From Escherichia phage 1-6bf: a DNA stretch of 64,000 nt. The position numbers and the translations under genes are program-made. The stretch lies in sequence record OR983334.1; one strand, written 5' to 3'. This document shows, piece after piece, positions 54,948 through 63,921 of this stretch (positions are counted from its first letter, which is position 1; each line of letters starts with the position of its first letter). A model generated the notes under the pieces. That model had not been told where the DNA came from and did no database searches. It saw nothing but the letters and a program-made list of their open reading frames with translations.

Positions 54948-55684
54948 GTCGTCGTCAATCACGGAAAGAATCACGGAAAGACCTTCGTCGGGAAGCACTT
55001 GTTACTCGTAAAGGTAAGCGAGAGTATGAAGAGGTGGTTTTAGCAAAGCCTGTAGTCCCTCAGAACCAGTTTCAGTCTGAGCTACTCAATGCTATTAAGA
55101 CTAAACAAGTTGTGTTCACAGACGCTCCTGCGGGCTGTGGTAAGACCTTTGTAATCACTTCCACGGTTATTGATGCACTGAAGAGCGGTAAGATTCAGAA
55201 GATCATTCTGAGTCGTCCTTCGGTTGGCATGGGCAATTCTCTTGGGTTACTTCCGGGGGGAATGCGTGAGAAGTTTGAACCATACCTGATGCCTATTATT
55301 GATGTTATTACTCAGCGATACGGTAAGGGGTTCTATGAATGCCAAATCGGAAATGGTAACATTGAATTCGTACCTCTGGAATATCTCCGTGGTCGTTCTT
55401 TCAATGATGCTATTGTTATCGTAGATGAGTTCCAGAACACAACTAAGGATGAAGCCTTCTCCATCATGACTCGATTGGGAGAAACCTCTCAGCTGTTTTG
55501 CATGGGTGATACAAACCAGCATGATATGCGTGGTCGTGAGAGTGGCCTAACTTGGGCTACTAATTTTATTGATGAACATGATCTGTATGAGTTCGCTGAG
55601 ATTGTAGACGGCGAATCGGATGACATTGTTCGTTCTGGTTTCTGTAAAGCCATTGTTAAAGCAATGGAAAAGGTAAACAGTTAA
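54944..55684 (+). CDS. phoH: PhoH-like ATPase
   Basis: Walker A FTDAPAGCGKTF, Walker B IVIVDEFQN, GD.NQ.D block (CMGDTNQHD). Confidence 0.7.
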   Translation: MSRRQSRKESRKDLRREALVTRKGKREYEEVVLAKPVVPQNQFQSELLNAIKTKQVVFTDAPAGCGKTFVITSTVIDALKSGKIQKIILSRPSVGMGNSLGLLPGGMREKFEPYLMPIIDVITQRYGKGFYECQIGNGNIEFVPLEYLRGRSFNDAIVIVDEFQNTTKDEAFSIMTRLGETSQLFCMGDTNQHDMRGRESGLTWATNFIDEHDLYEFAEIVDGESDDIVRSGFCKAIVKAMEKVNS

Positions 55685-55978
55685 TGAAAATCGGTATTAT
55701 AGTTCGTGAGTGTTATGATGGTAGTGCAGCTCTTAATTTTTATAAAGATATTGATAAAGCTCGCTGGCTTTTAGGTTTTGGCGAGCGTACCTACCTGAGT
55801 GATGATGTAGAGGTTCTGGATGTTCAAGAAAATTTTGAACCACCGGGAGGGTGGAGTGATTAGTACTCAAAAGTCAATGATAGAAGAGGGTTTTATTTAC
55901 ACTGAGTAGGGGGTCCAAATAGCAACCTACCACAAGGAATGTGAAACCTGTAAGGTACCATTTGTAACGAAGTATATA

Positions 55979-56308
55979 ATGCAGAGGTTTTGCAATGACT
56001 CGTGTAGATGGGCCGACCCAGGAAATAGAGATAAGAGAAAGGCAGATAACGAGAGAAGAAGAGTTAGGCAACTAGCTTTTATTCGTAGAGTTAAAACATT
56101 CTATGGATGCTCTGAGTGTGGCTTTAAGGGTCACGCATCTGCTCTTCAGTTTGATCATTTAAATCCATTAACTAAGTCATTCGAACTCTCCAAAGGGCAC
56201 ACCAGATCTTTATCTCAAGTAAAAGAAGAGATGAGGAAGTGCAGGATATTGTGTGCTAATTGCCACGCCATCCACACCTTTAATCAAAGAGAATCAGGAG
56301 AAATCTAA
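55979..56308 (+). CDS. HNH endonuclease (109 aa)
   Basis: CSECGF..LQFDHLNPL..CANCH His-Me finger pattern. Confidence 0.65.
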   Translation: MQRFCNDSCRWADPGNRDKRKADNERRRVRQLAFIRRVKTFYGCSECGFKGHASALQFDHLNPLTKSFELSKGHTRSLSQVKEEMRKCRILCANCHAIHTFNQRESGEI

Positions 56309-56335
56309 TGGCAGATCATGTAGGAAAAAGAGATT

Positions 56336-56614
56336 ATGCACAAGAAAGAAGGACTGCGATCAAGCGCGGTGAAACGGGAATTGGGAGCAAGAGCGGAGAT
56401 GCTCAGCGCCACCGTGCACGTCGCATCGTTGAAAAGCGCGATGGAAAAGCTGCTGTCAGAGGTAAAGACGTTGGACACAAACGAGCTGTCAAGTCTGGAG
56501 GTTCTAATGCGTCAAGCAACTTACGTGTTGAATCAGTCAGCTCAAACCGTTCAAACGGCGGCAAAAGTGGTGATCGAGCTGGAAAAGCAGCTGGAGCACG
56601 CAAAGGAGCTTTAA
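56336..56614 (+). CDS. Coiled-coil protein (92 aa)
   Basis: Preferred over the overlapping low-complexity frame 56308-56625. Confidence 0.3.
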   Translation: MHKKEGLRSSAVKRELGARAEMLSATVHVASLKSAMEKLLSEVKTLDTNELSSLEVLMRQATYVLNQSAQTVQTAAKVVIELEKQLEHAKEL

Positions 56615-56629
56615 GCTCATCATAACATG

Positions 56630-56658
56630 AGGCTACCCAAATGGGTGGCCTTTTCATT
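56630..56658 (+). terminator. Rho-independent terminator
   Basis: GGCTACCCAAATGGGTGGCC followed by TTTTCATT. Confidence 0.55.
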
Positions 56659-56671
56659 AAAGGGCAATTAG

Positions 56672-56857
56672 ATGAAGAGAGAAATTATCAATTTTATCAA
56701 CCCTGGAAATTGCTGCCCCGGTCATGACAAATATCCGTGTGACAAATACAAAAACAGGCGTTCAGTTCGACAGCGTGCTCTCGGTATTAAAAAAGAGCAT
56801 AGATATGTGAGAAGAGTTGTCCGTCAGAAGTTGTTATTAAATGTCATCGAAGAGTAA
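56672..56857 (+). CDS. Small basic protein (61 aa)
   Basis: ORF track. Confidence 0.3.
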   Translation: MKREIINFINPGNCCPGHDKYPCDKYKNRRSVRQRALGIKKEHRYVRRVVRQKLLLNVIEE

Positions 56858-56874
56858 TCCAGTTCTAGTACAAT

Positions 56875-56906
56875 AGGCTGCCCACTTGGGTGGCCTTTTC
56901 TTTTAT
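56875..56906 (+). terminator. Rho-independent terminator (near-duplicate of 56630 hairpin)
   Basis: GGCTGCCCACTTGGGTGGCC followed by TTTTCTTTT. Confidence 0.55.
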
Positions 56907-56938
56907 ATAAACCAAATTAAACTTCTTAGGTAATAATT

Positions 56939-57196
56939 ATGTCTATTGTAAAAACCGTAACTATCATTGATGTTTGGACTAACCGTCTGGCTAAGTGGAA
57001 ATTCACTAATAACCATGATGTCAAACACAACATCAGCCTAATTGCAAACCAGATTGGTCATAATCCAAAAACAGCTCGTACTAATGTAATCCTCCGTGGG
57101 GCTGATGGGAAATTCATTTCTTATAAGAATAAAGATGTAGAGAAAGAATATCGTGTTGCAGTAGAAAACCTCATCCCATTCCCTAAAGGAGTTTAA
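56939..57196 (+). CDS. Small protein, paralog family D member 1 (85 aa)
   Basis: ..ARTNVILRGADGKFISYKNKD..ENLIPFPKGV. Confidence 0.4.
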   Translation: MSIVKTVTIIDVWTNRLAKWKFTNNHDVKHNISLIANQIGHNPKTARTNVILRGADGKFISYKNKDVEKEYRVAVENLIPFPKGV

Positions 57197-57197
57197 C

Positions 57198-57473
57198 ATG
57201 AATAAGTTAGCTATGGTACAGATTCGAGACACATACCCCAACCATCCAGAGCAGACTTGGTCTTATTTGTTAACTGAAAGCAAAACTATTGACAGATGTT
57301 CTGTAGGGATTGATACTATCCCAACCAGTATTACATTACTCCCTCATTTAACAGCCAGAACTAATGTGATGTTACGTGATACCAAAGGTAAGTTTATCTC
57401 TTATCGTGACTCACGAATCAATAACGAAATTAAATCTGCTATGGAATCTTTAGTGCCATTCCCAAAAGGTTGA
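57198..57473 (+). CDS. Small protein, paralog family D member 2 (91 aa)
   Basis: ..ARTNVMLRDTKGKFISYRDSR..ESLVPFPKG. Confidence 0.4.
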   Translation: MNKLAMVQIRDTYPNHPEQTWSYLLTESKTIDRCSVGIDTIPTSITLLPHLTARTNVMLRDTKGKFISYRDSRINNEIKSAMESLVPFPKG

Positions 57474-57476
57474 GTT

Positions 57477-57899
57477 ATGCCATTACCAGCTAGACACCAA
57501 AACCGTTTCTTAGTTCTTAAGTGGGATGATATCGAAATGAATCTCACTGAGCACGAACTAGATCTGTTCCATGAATTATTATCGGAGATTCGATCTGGTA
57601 TTCCTGAACGTCAATATGTGGTTATCAGTGATAAACACCCTCAAGAGTTTGAAGAAGCTTGGGGTATGAAGCTGGCTTACATCCAAAGAGCTATCCGAGA
57701 AAGAGAAGAAGTCGCTAACCAAAGGGTTGTGGCTCATTTAGTACGAGAGCAACCTCGTGAAGCTAGGGCTAACCATGCACCACCTCCACCTCCTCCTTGG
57801 ACAGTTGTCAACGGGACGGTTAGGGCTTATAGTGATGAAGCCACCATGTTGAATGTAGTAGAAGATAACCAAGCATTTACAGATTTACTTTACCAATAA
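57477..57899 (+). CDS. Hypothetical protein with poly-Pro tract (140 aa)
   Basis: ORF track; PPPPPPW. Confidence 0.35.
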   Translation: MPLPARHQNRFLVLKWDDIEMNLTEHELDLFHELLSEIRSGIPERQYVVISDKHPQEFEEAWGMKLAYIQRAIREREEVANQRVVAHLVREQPREARANHAPPPPPPWTVVNGTVRAYSDEATMLNVVEDNQAFTDLLYQ

Positions 57900-57915
57900 T
57901 TTAAAGGAGTATAAA

Positions 57916-59616
57916 GTGAGCAACCCGGACGCTCTTCCATTTTTGACAGAGATGACTGTCGCTGATATAATCTCTAAGCAAGCAAAGCACGGAGTGAGTT
58001 TCAACCGAAGAAATGCTCGGTGGTATGTTCACCTCCTTAAAGAGATTATTGTTAATATTGACAGAGAGTTGATTCCTCTCTTACCTAAGATGAGATTAGA
58101 TGGCTCTACTTATATGAAGCCGTTTAAGAAGTCTGGAGCTTTGCAGAAGTGGCCTCAAGCCTATTGTGATAGAGTTGGGCTGAAGAGAGAAGACATTGGT
58201 GGAGCTTTCACCTGTGTCGAATACGTAGACTTTGACCCATCGAAAGATGCACGAGTTAAAGAAGCTCTTATGGATGAGGGCTTTCTTCCTCCAGAGTTTA
58301 ACGTATCTAAGAAGCCTTGGAATACTTTCGAAATTAAGAAAGATATGAGAAAGTATGGAACATACCAAGCATGGTATACTGCTTGGATGCGAGGAAATGC
58401 TAAGCAGAAGCAGACAGCCGAGATGGTTGACGCTGATATTAAGAAGTTCTTAGAAAAGCATTTTAGGTTTAAAACTAAGAACTATATGAAGGCTTACGTG
58501 TTTGGTTTGGGATTAAACCCGAATCGACGTAATCCTGTAACGTTTGATGAGATTAAGAAAGCACTAGCCACTTCAAACAAGTGGCCTACAGCTCCTACAA
58601 ACCTCGAGGAGACTCTTGAAGAAGGGTTAGGGGGTGAGCTAGGGAGTGTCGGAAGTTTGCTTAAGAGACGCGTTGTAGCGGCTCACAGGCTAGGTCTTAT
58701 CAGTGGACTCATAGCAAAGGAACGCGAAGATGGTAAACTTTCGGCAGAAGCTAACAGCTGCGCTACGCCGACTTTTCGATTCAAACATCGTATCGTGGTT
58801 AATATTCCCTCCCGTGGTTTGTTTGGTCACGAGTGTCGCAGTTTGTTTGAGTCTGACTATAACTCAGACAGTGATCATTCTCGTCCTTTCGTTATTACTA
58901 ACGTTGTTCCTGATGGTTGTTATATACGAAAAGGTACTAACGTAATTTATGAGAAAGGTAAACCGGGGAAGAAAGACAAACCTGTAGGTGCTTACAAATA
59001 TTACATACCCGCTGGTAAAGAAGTATTCTTAGGGTATGATGGTTCTGGGCTTGAACTTCGTATGCTCGCTCACTACCTCATTAAAGAGTGTAGGGATATG
59101 CTTGCTGAGGCAATTGAAGAGAACAACCCAGCTAAGAAAGCTCTGGCAGAACGTGGTTTAGCTTCTGCTATTATGTATCGTGATATTCTCCTTGAAGGTG
59201 ATATCCACTCCCACAACCAGAAACTTGCTGGTCTTCCTACTCGTGACAACGCTAAAACGTTTATCTATGCATTCAACTACGGTGCTGGCGATGCTAAGCT
59301 TGGTTCAATTGTAGGTGGTGGGGCTGACGAAGGTTCAGTGATGCGAGCACGTTTCTTGGCAGAGAACCCATGTATTGCAATCCTCATTGATCGTATGACA
59401 GAAAAGGCTGCTCAAGGGTACTTGATTGGTGTTGATGGTCGTAAGATTACAATGAGACGAGATGCCACTGGTAAAGTTATGGTTCATAAAGCCCTTAACA
59501 CACTCCTGCAATGTGCTGGTGCTGTTGTTATGAAATACGCTATGATGTTCCTTAACAAGTGGATTGAGAGGGATGGGGTTCGTTGTGCTAAGGTAATTGA
59601 TATGCATAAACTTCAT
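57916..59616 (+). CDS. Family A DNA polymerase, polymerase domain (exon 1; 3' boundary uncertain, ORF track frame runs to 59637)
   Basis: GTG start with AAGGAG RBS; motif A LGYDGSGLELRMLAHY, motif B RDNAKTFIYAFNYGAGDAKLG, GVDGRKI..ALNTLLQCAGA; aligns by eye with T7 DNA polymerase. Confidence 0.7.
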
Positions 59617-60214
59617 TGTGCATGTAAAAGTTGGTGAACTCGGTGAAACCCGACCATTAAGTTGAGGGCAATACCGAGCTAAGCTATTAGGAGGTGATAT
59701 GGCTAAGAAAGATCTAGTGCTAGAAACAACTAGCACAGGATGTATCATCCCTATCTCACACAAACTAAATAAAGATGGTTACTTTCGAAAAATGATAAAT
59801 GGCAAATGGGTCATGTATCACAGATACGTCATGGAAGAGAAATTTGGAAACATCCCTGACGGTTATGAAGTTAACCATAAATGCAAGAATAGAGCTTGTT
59901 GCAATACTGACCATCTAGAAATCTTAGAAGGTAGTGCACATGCTATCGAGTCAAACACTGGCAGAAACAGAGAAAGACAGAATGCTGCTAAAGAGTTCTG
60001 GCTTAACAATGAATGCACTGGTGTTGCTCTTGCAGAAAGGTTTGGTGTGAGCTTTGGAATCGCTTGTAGATGGATTCGAAAGTGGAAAGTGTAGAGACTA
60101 TCCTGCGGGAGTAGGGGGTTAACAGGGAAACCCTCGAAGCGCCAACAACAGCAAATTAGCTATGCTGTTATGATATAGTCCGATACCCGAAGTAATTTGG
60201 GAATAACATAAATG
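59617..60214 (+). mobile_element. Candidate group I intron carrying an HNH endonuclease ORF, interrupting the polymerase before motif C
   Basis: Exon 1 frame stops before motif C; downstream reading DEGQ..GLNWMHTH supplies motif C and the conserved C-terminus right after a G at 60214; HNH ORF lies between. Confidence 0.45.
59699..60094 (+). CDS. HNH homing endonuclease (intron-encoded candidate)
   Basis: GYEVNHKCKNRACCNTDHLEI HNH motif; AGGAGG RBS. Confidence 0.7.
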   Translation: MAKKDLVLETTSTGCIIPISHKLNKDGYFRKMINGKWVMYHRYVMEEKFGNIPDGYEVNHKCKNRACCNTDHLEILEGSAHAIESNTGRNRERQNAAKEFWLNNECTGVALAERFGVSFGIACRWIRKWKV

Positions 60215-60366
60215 GATGAGGGCCAGTTCTCAGTTAATCGTAACGATGTACAGAAACTCAAAGAGCACACTGAGCTTTGCGTTAAGAAAGCTGGTGAGTA
60301 CTTGAACATGGAATGTCCTCTGGCATCTGATTGTCAGATTGGACTTAACTGGATGCATACGCACTA
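60215..60366 (+). CDS. DNA polymerase C-terminal segment (exon 2) with motif C Asp-Glu
   Basis: DEGQFSVN..ECPLASDCQIGLNWMHTH parallels the T7 polymerase end HDEIQVGC..LLDTEGKMGPNWAICH. Confidence 0.45.
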
Positions 60367-60375
60367 AGGTGGGTT

Positions 60376-60567
60376 ATGAGTGTTCGTGATTATTATAAAT
60401 CTTGGGCCATCTTCAGTGGTGGCTCCACTATTACCGCGCTGAATAGTCAATTCTGTATCTTTGAAACAGAGAACTTAGCAATTAGCAAAGCAGCGGAGCT
60501 AGTTCGAAAGTTTCCAGACAAAGCATTCACAATTAAGAGATTAGAGATACCTGCATTGGCAGAGTGA
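60376..60567 (+). CDS. Hypothetical protein (63 aa)
   Basis: ORF track. Confidence 0.3.
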   Translation: MSVRDYYKSWAIFSGGSTITALNSQFCIFETENLAISKAAELVRKFPDKAFTIKRLEIPALAE

Positions 60568-60723
60568 ATAAATAAGACGAATGAACTATTCTTATTGATT
60601 GGTTCGTAACAAGGAGATTGAAGTGGAAGAGATGCCATCGGATTGGTGTTATCGTCAAAGCGCCATCTGTAGTGAACAAGGACGTGCTGATGAAGCACAA
60701 TATTATTTAGAACTGGCTGAATT

Positions 60724-60921
60724 ATGGAAAGAGAGAGAAAAAGAATGACTGCAACTGAACTGAAAGAAACCATATCCACTGAAGAAGGTAAAGCTTTCTT
60801 CTTATCTCAAGTACACTCTATGGGTAAAGATGCCCTTCGCCAAGCAGTCGTTGAGCTTACTGGTGTAGTGATTGACTTGAGTATTGAAAATGAAACACTT
60901 GAAGCTAAAGTGAATAGTTAA
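60724..60921 (+). CDS. Hypothetical protein (65 aa)
   Basis: ORF track. Confidence 0.3.
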   Translation: MERERKRMTATELKETISTEEGKAFFLSQVHSMGKDALRQAVVELTGVVIDLSIENETLEAKVNS

Positions 60922-60925
60922 ATAA

Positions 60926-60952
60926 GAAGCTGCCTTCGGGCGGCTTTTCTTG
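60926..60952 (+). terminator. Rho-independent terminator
   Basis: AAGCTGCCTTCGGGCGGCTT followed by TTCTT. Confidence 0.5.
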
Positions 60953-60968
60953 TCTAAAGGGTTTAGAT

Positions 60969-61361
60969 ATGAATATTGGTTTAGATTACGATGACACTTA
61001 CACCTCAAATAAAAAGCTGTGGCGCTCTGTGGTGGCATTAATGCAAGCCGAAGGTTATGATGTACGCTTTGTAACCTATCGCTTTGCAGAGCCTAATGGG
61101 TACGATAATCACGACATTAAGATTGATGCAGAGTGTTTGCAGATTCCTATAATCTTTTGCAATGGTGTACAGAAGGATGAGGTATGTCGGCAGCTAGGTT
61201 TCTTTGTAGATATCTGGATTGACGACTTCCCTGTTGGAATCCCCCAAAAGGACCACCTAGATGGGATGCTGAAGGGTGTAAGACTTAATGACCTTAGGGC
61301 AGCACCTCCTGTAGAAATAGCCGCTCCTGTGTACTCTGAGGAGCCTTTGGTGATTCGATGA
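60969..61361 (+). CDS. Putative HAD-like phosphatase / nucleotidase (130 aa)
   Basis: N-terminal hydrophobic-DxDxT pattern (NIGLDYDDT); weak. Confidence 0.3.
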   Translation: MNIGLDYDDTYTSNKKLWRSVVALMQAEGYDVRFVTYRFAEPNGYDNHDIKIDAECLQIPIIFCNGVQKDEVCRQLGFFVDIWIDDFPVGIPQKDHLDGMLKGVRLNDLRAAPPVEIAAPVYSEEPLVIR

Positions 61362-61534
61362 AGAAGATAATTCTTTGGGCTTTAGGTCTAGCTCTATTCC
61401 TGTATCTGGTTGATATCGGAGGGGATGCCAGTAGAGAAGACTGTGAAGTGAGACTGTCTCAAGAATTTAAGTCAGAGACAAAGTGGGTTAACGGTCGATG
61501 CTATGTAAAAGATTGGGGAAGAACTTCTCGATGA
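61358..61534 (+). CDS. Candidate small secreted/membrane protein (58 aa)
   Basis: MKKIILWALGLALFLYLVDIGG..; ATGA overlaps with both neighbours; below ORF-track cutoff. Confidence 0.3.
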   Translation: MKKIILWALGLALFLYLVDIGGDASREDCEVRLSQEFKSETKWVNGRCYVKDWGRTSR

Positions 61535-61698
61535 AGAAATATAGTGTATGGTTTAACGAAGAAGAGGAAGGTTTTGATGAAGTTGGAGGGTGGGTGAACA
61601 TCCTAAACACTGACGACATAGAAGAGGCTGAGAAGTGCGCCCTAAACTACAACTCTGGATATTATGAAAGAAATTGGGAATATGAGGAAGAAGTATGA
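61531..61698 (+). CDS. Hypothetical acidic protein (55 aa from internal ATG)
   Basis: ORF track frame 61498-61698; ATG 61531 coupled to upstream stop. Confidence 0.3.
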   Translation: MKKYSVWFNEEEEGFDEVGGWVNILNTDDIEEAEKCALNYNSGYYERNWEYEEEV

Positions 61699-61853
61699 TT
61701 TGGATTCACACTTATAAGATTGGAAAGAAAGAGATCACCGTTGTACATCACTCTGAGGAAAGTGCAAATGCTTCTCAGGAAGTCTTGAAAGGTGAAGTTA
61801 AAACATACGTCGAAGTAAAAGCTAAATCTTGGTCATAATTAATAGGAGTAAAA

Positions 61854-62069
61854 ATGGAATACATTGATAAATATTCAAGTGAAGATTCAACAGACGCTGA
61901 AGTTTTATTTATACTAAAAACAGACTGTCTTGAACATGGTCAACTTATCAATTTCATTGAGTTGGCAAAACTTAAAGAAGAGATTGATCAACTATATAGT
62001 GATGAGCAATCCAGATTACTTTCCCTATCCCTGCTAGGTGACTTAACTTGTGATGGGTGTACTATCTAA
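61854..62069 (+). CDS. Hypothetical protein (71 aa)
   Basis: ORF track; AGGAG RBS. Confidence 0.35.
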   Translation: MEYIDKYSSEDSTDAEVLFILKTDCLEHGQLINFIELAKLKEEIDQLYSDEQSRLLSLSLLGDLTCDGCTI

Positions 62070-62078
62070 GAGGTCTTT

Positions 62079-62582
62079 ATGGCTGAAGTTTATTTTGCAG
62101 GAGATGGTCACTTAGGTCATCGCAACATCTGTAGTTTTCGTAAGCAATTTAAAACCATCGAAGAACATGACAAAGCAATTCTAGCTGCATTTGATCATGT
62201 AACTAAGCGAGACAAAATATTCTTTACCGGTGATTGGGTGTTTGAAAAGTATGCCCTTGATATCATCGCTGAAGTAAAAGGAGAGAAGCATCTAGTCTTA
62301 GGGAACCATGACAGGTTAGAACTTCTCCCTGATATGATGAAAGTCTTCCGTAGAATCTCTGGTGATTATAAATATAAAGAGTTTTGGGTAACTCATATTC
62401 CTATTCACACTGATGAAATGAGAGGGAAGTTTAATATTTATGCTCATACCCATAATCATGTAATTGATGATTGGAGATATTTCTGTACATCAATGGAGCA
62501 AATTAATTATAAAGCTGTTTCTCTGCAAGAGATTAGGAAGGTTTTCGATGAAAGAAGAAAAGAACAAGATCTCATTATTTAA
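62079..62582 (+). CDS. Calcineurin-like metallophosphoesterase
   Basis: GDGHLGH, FTGDWV, LGNHD, AHTHNH metal-binding motifs. Confidence 0.6.
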   Translation: MAEVYFAGDGHLGHRNICSFRKQFKTIEEHDKAILAAFDHVTKRDKIFFTGDWVFEKYALDIIAEVKGEKHLVLGNHDRLELLPDMMKVFRRISGDYKYKEFWVTHIPIHTDEMRGKFNIYAHTHNHVIDDWRYFCTSMEQINYKAVSLQEIRKVFDERRKEQDLII

Positions 62583-63128
62583 AGAACCTGTAGTTTATAA
62601 AGACTCTATCAGAGATAAATATAATGAGATGTTAAAGAAACAAGCTGATTCTAGTCTTCACTATCAGAGGATAGTAGAACAATCTAACTTTAAAGGTTTA
62701 CTTGAATGGTAACTTATATCCTTTACTTTTTAGCTTTCTTAGGAATAATCTTTTTATCTATTGTTCTTGAATTTGGTTTAAGTAAGTTAGTTAATTATTT
62801 AGGTAATAAGTAATTAATATTCTTTTAAATAGAGAATCAAAGTCCCTAGGAGTCCCTACAACCTAAATCAAGGATTCCTTAATTCTCTATTTTTATCTCG
62901 CAGGTGGCTCCTGCCCTTCGGTACTTGCAAGGGATTCTGTGAATTGCCCAATATACAAGCCTGCAATAACTTTATCAGCTATACAATATATACATTACTA
63001 GTGTGTTATATCTACTACCAAAGATACTTATATTATATAGTACTCTTATCGGTATAAGCGTAATGTATACTATACATAACCGCTCAAAGAGAGCAACAAT
63101 CTTTCAAATTAAATAAGGAAATTAAAAT

Positions 63129-63875
63129 ATGTCTATGATTCCAACTATCGCAACTTCTTCCCGTAAATCCAACTACGATGTAATCCCTGATGGTGAGTAC
63201 GAAGCACGTATCGTTCGTGTAGTAGGTTTGGGTGTTCACAATCGTGACCCTTGGATTGACCCGAAGACCAAAGCAGTAACTCCTAAGAATCCGGCTTTCC
63301 GTATGGATTTAGCTTTCGAGCTGATTGGTGTTGATGCTACTGGTAAAGATTCCGATGGTAAGGCATTAGAACCACGTCCGGCTTGCCAGTTCAAGAGCTA
63401 TGATGTAAACCCACGAGCTAAGAACTCTGGTATTCTTGATCTTTGCAAGATGATTGACCCAAGTATTCAAGCACTGAAAGGTGATCTGTCTTGGTTCAAG
63501 GATGTTCTGTTAGGTCAGCCTGTTAACATTCTGGTTAACTCTTACACTAACAAAGCTGGTGAAGTTAAAAACTCCATCAAGACCATTTCTCCAATCCCAA
63601 CCAAATATCGTGCAGCAGTTGGTGAAGCTCGTAGTCCTCTGGTATTCTTCGAACCGTATGCTGAAACCGATGAGAACGTAGCATCCTATCAACTGATGTT
63701 CCCGTTCCAGCGCAACCTGCTTACTCAAGCTAATGACGCTAAGAACATGCCTCTGGCTGGTCGTGAAATTACTCGTGCTTCTGAAACAGATCAGAAAGAA
63801 GCTACTCCTTCAATCCCTACGATTGATAAAGAGCCTGCTTCTACTTATGAAGACGACAACGATAGCCCATTCTAA
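63129..63875 (+). CDS. Single-stranded DNA-binding protein candidate (T7 gp2.5-like) with acidic C-terminal tail ending in Phe
   Basis: Strong AAGGAA RBS after AT-rich leader; C-terminus ..TYEDDNDSPF; followed by a strong terminator. Confidence 0.45.
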   Translation: MSMIPTIATSSRKSNYDVIPDGEYEARIVRVVGLGVHNRDPWIDPKTKAVTPKNPAFRMDLAFELIGVDATGKDSDGKALEPRPACQFKSYDVNPRAKNSGILDLCKMIDPSIQALKGDLSWFKDVLLGQPVNILVNSYTNKAGEVKNSIKTISPIPTKYRAAVGEARSPLVFFEPYAETDENVASYQLMFPFQRNLLTQANDAKNMPLAGREITRASETDQKEATPSIPTIDKEPASTYEDDNDSPF

Positions 63876-63895
63876 TAACTCTCCTTGTTATAGCT

Positions 63896-63921
63896 TAGCC
63901 ACCTCCGGGTGGCTTTTTTCG
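63896..63921 (+). terminator. Rho-independent terminator
   Basis: AGCCACCTCCGGGTGGCT followed by TTTTTTCG. Confidence 0.6.

Noticed and set aside
56308-56625. 105 aa low-complexity Gly/Arg/Lys/Ser-rich ORF
   Set aside because: It overlaps 56336-56614 in another frame and has protein-unlike composition; the coiled-coil frame was preferred, though neither is strongly supported.
59699-60094. HNH ORF within the DNA polymerase region as an intein
   Set aside because: The HNH ORF is in a different reading frame from the upstream polymerase ORF and is bounded by stop codons, so it cannot be an in-frame intein; an intron is the better fit.
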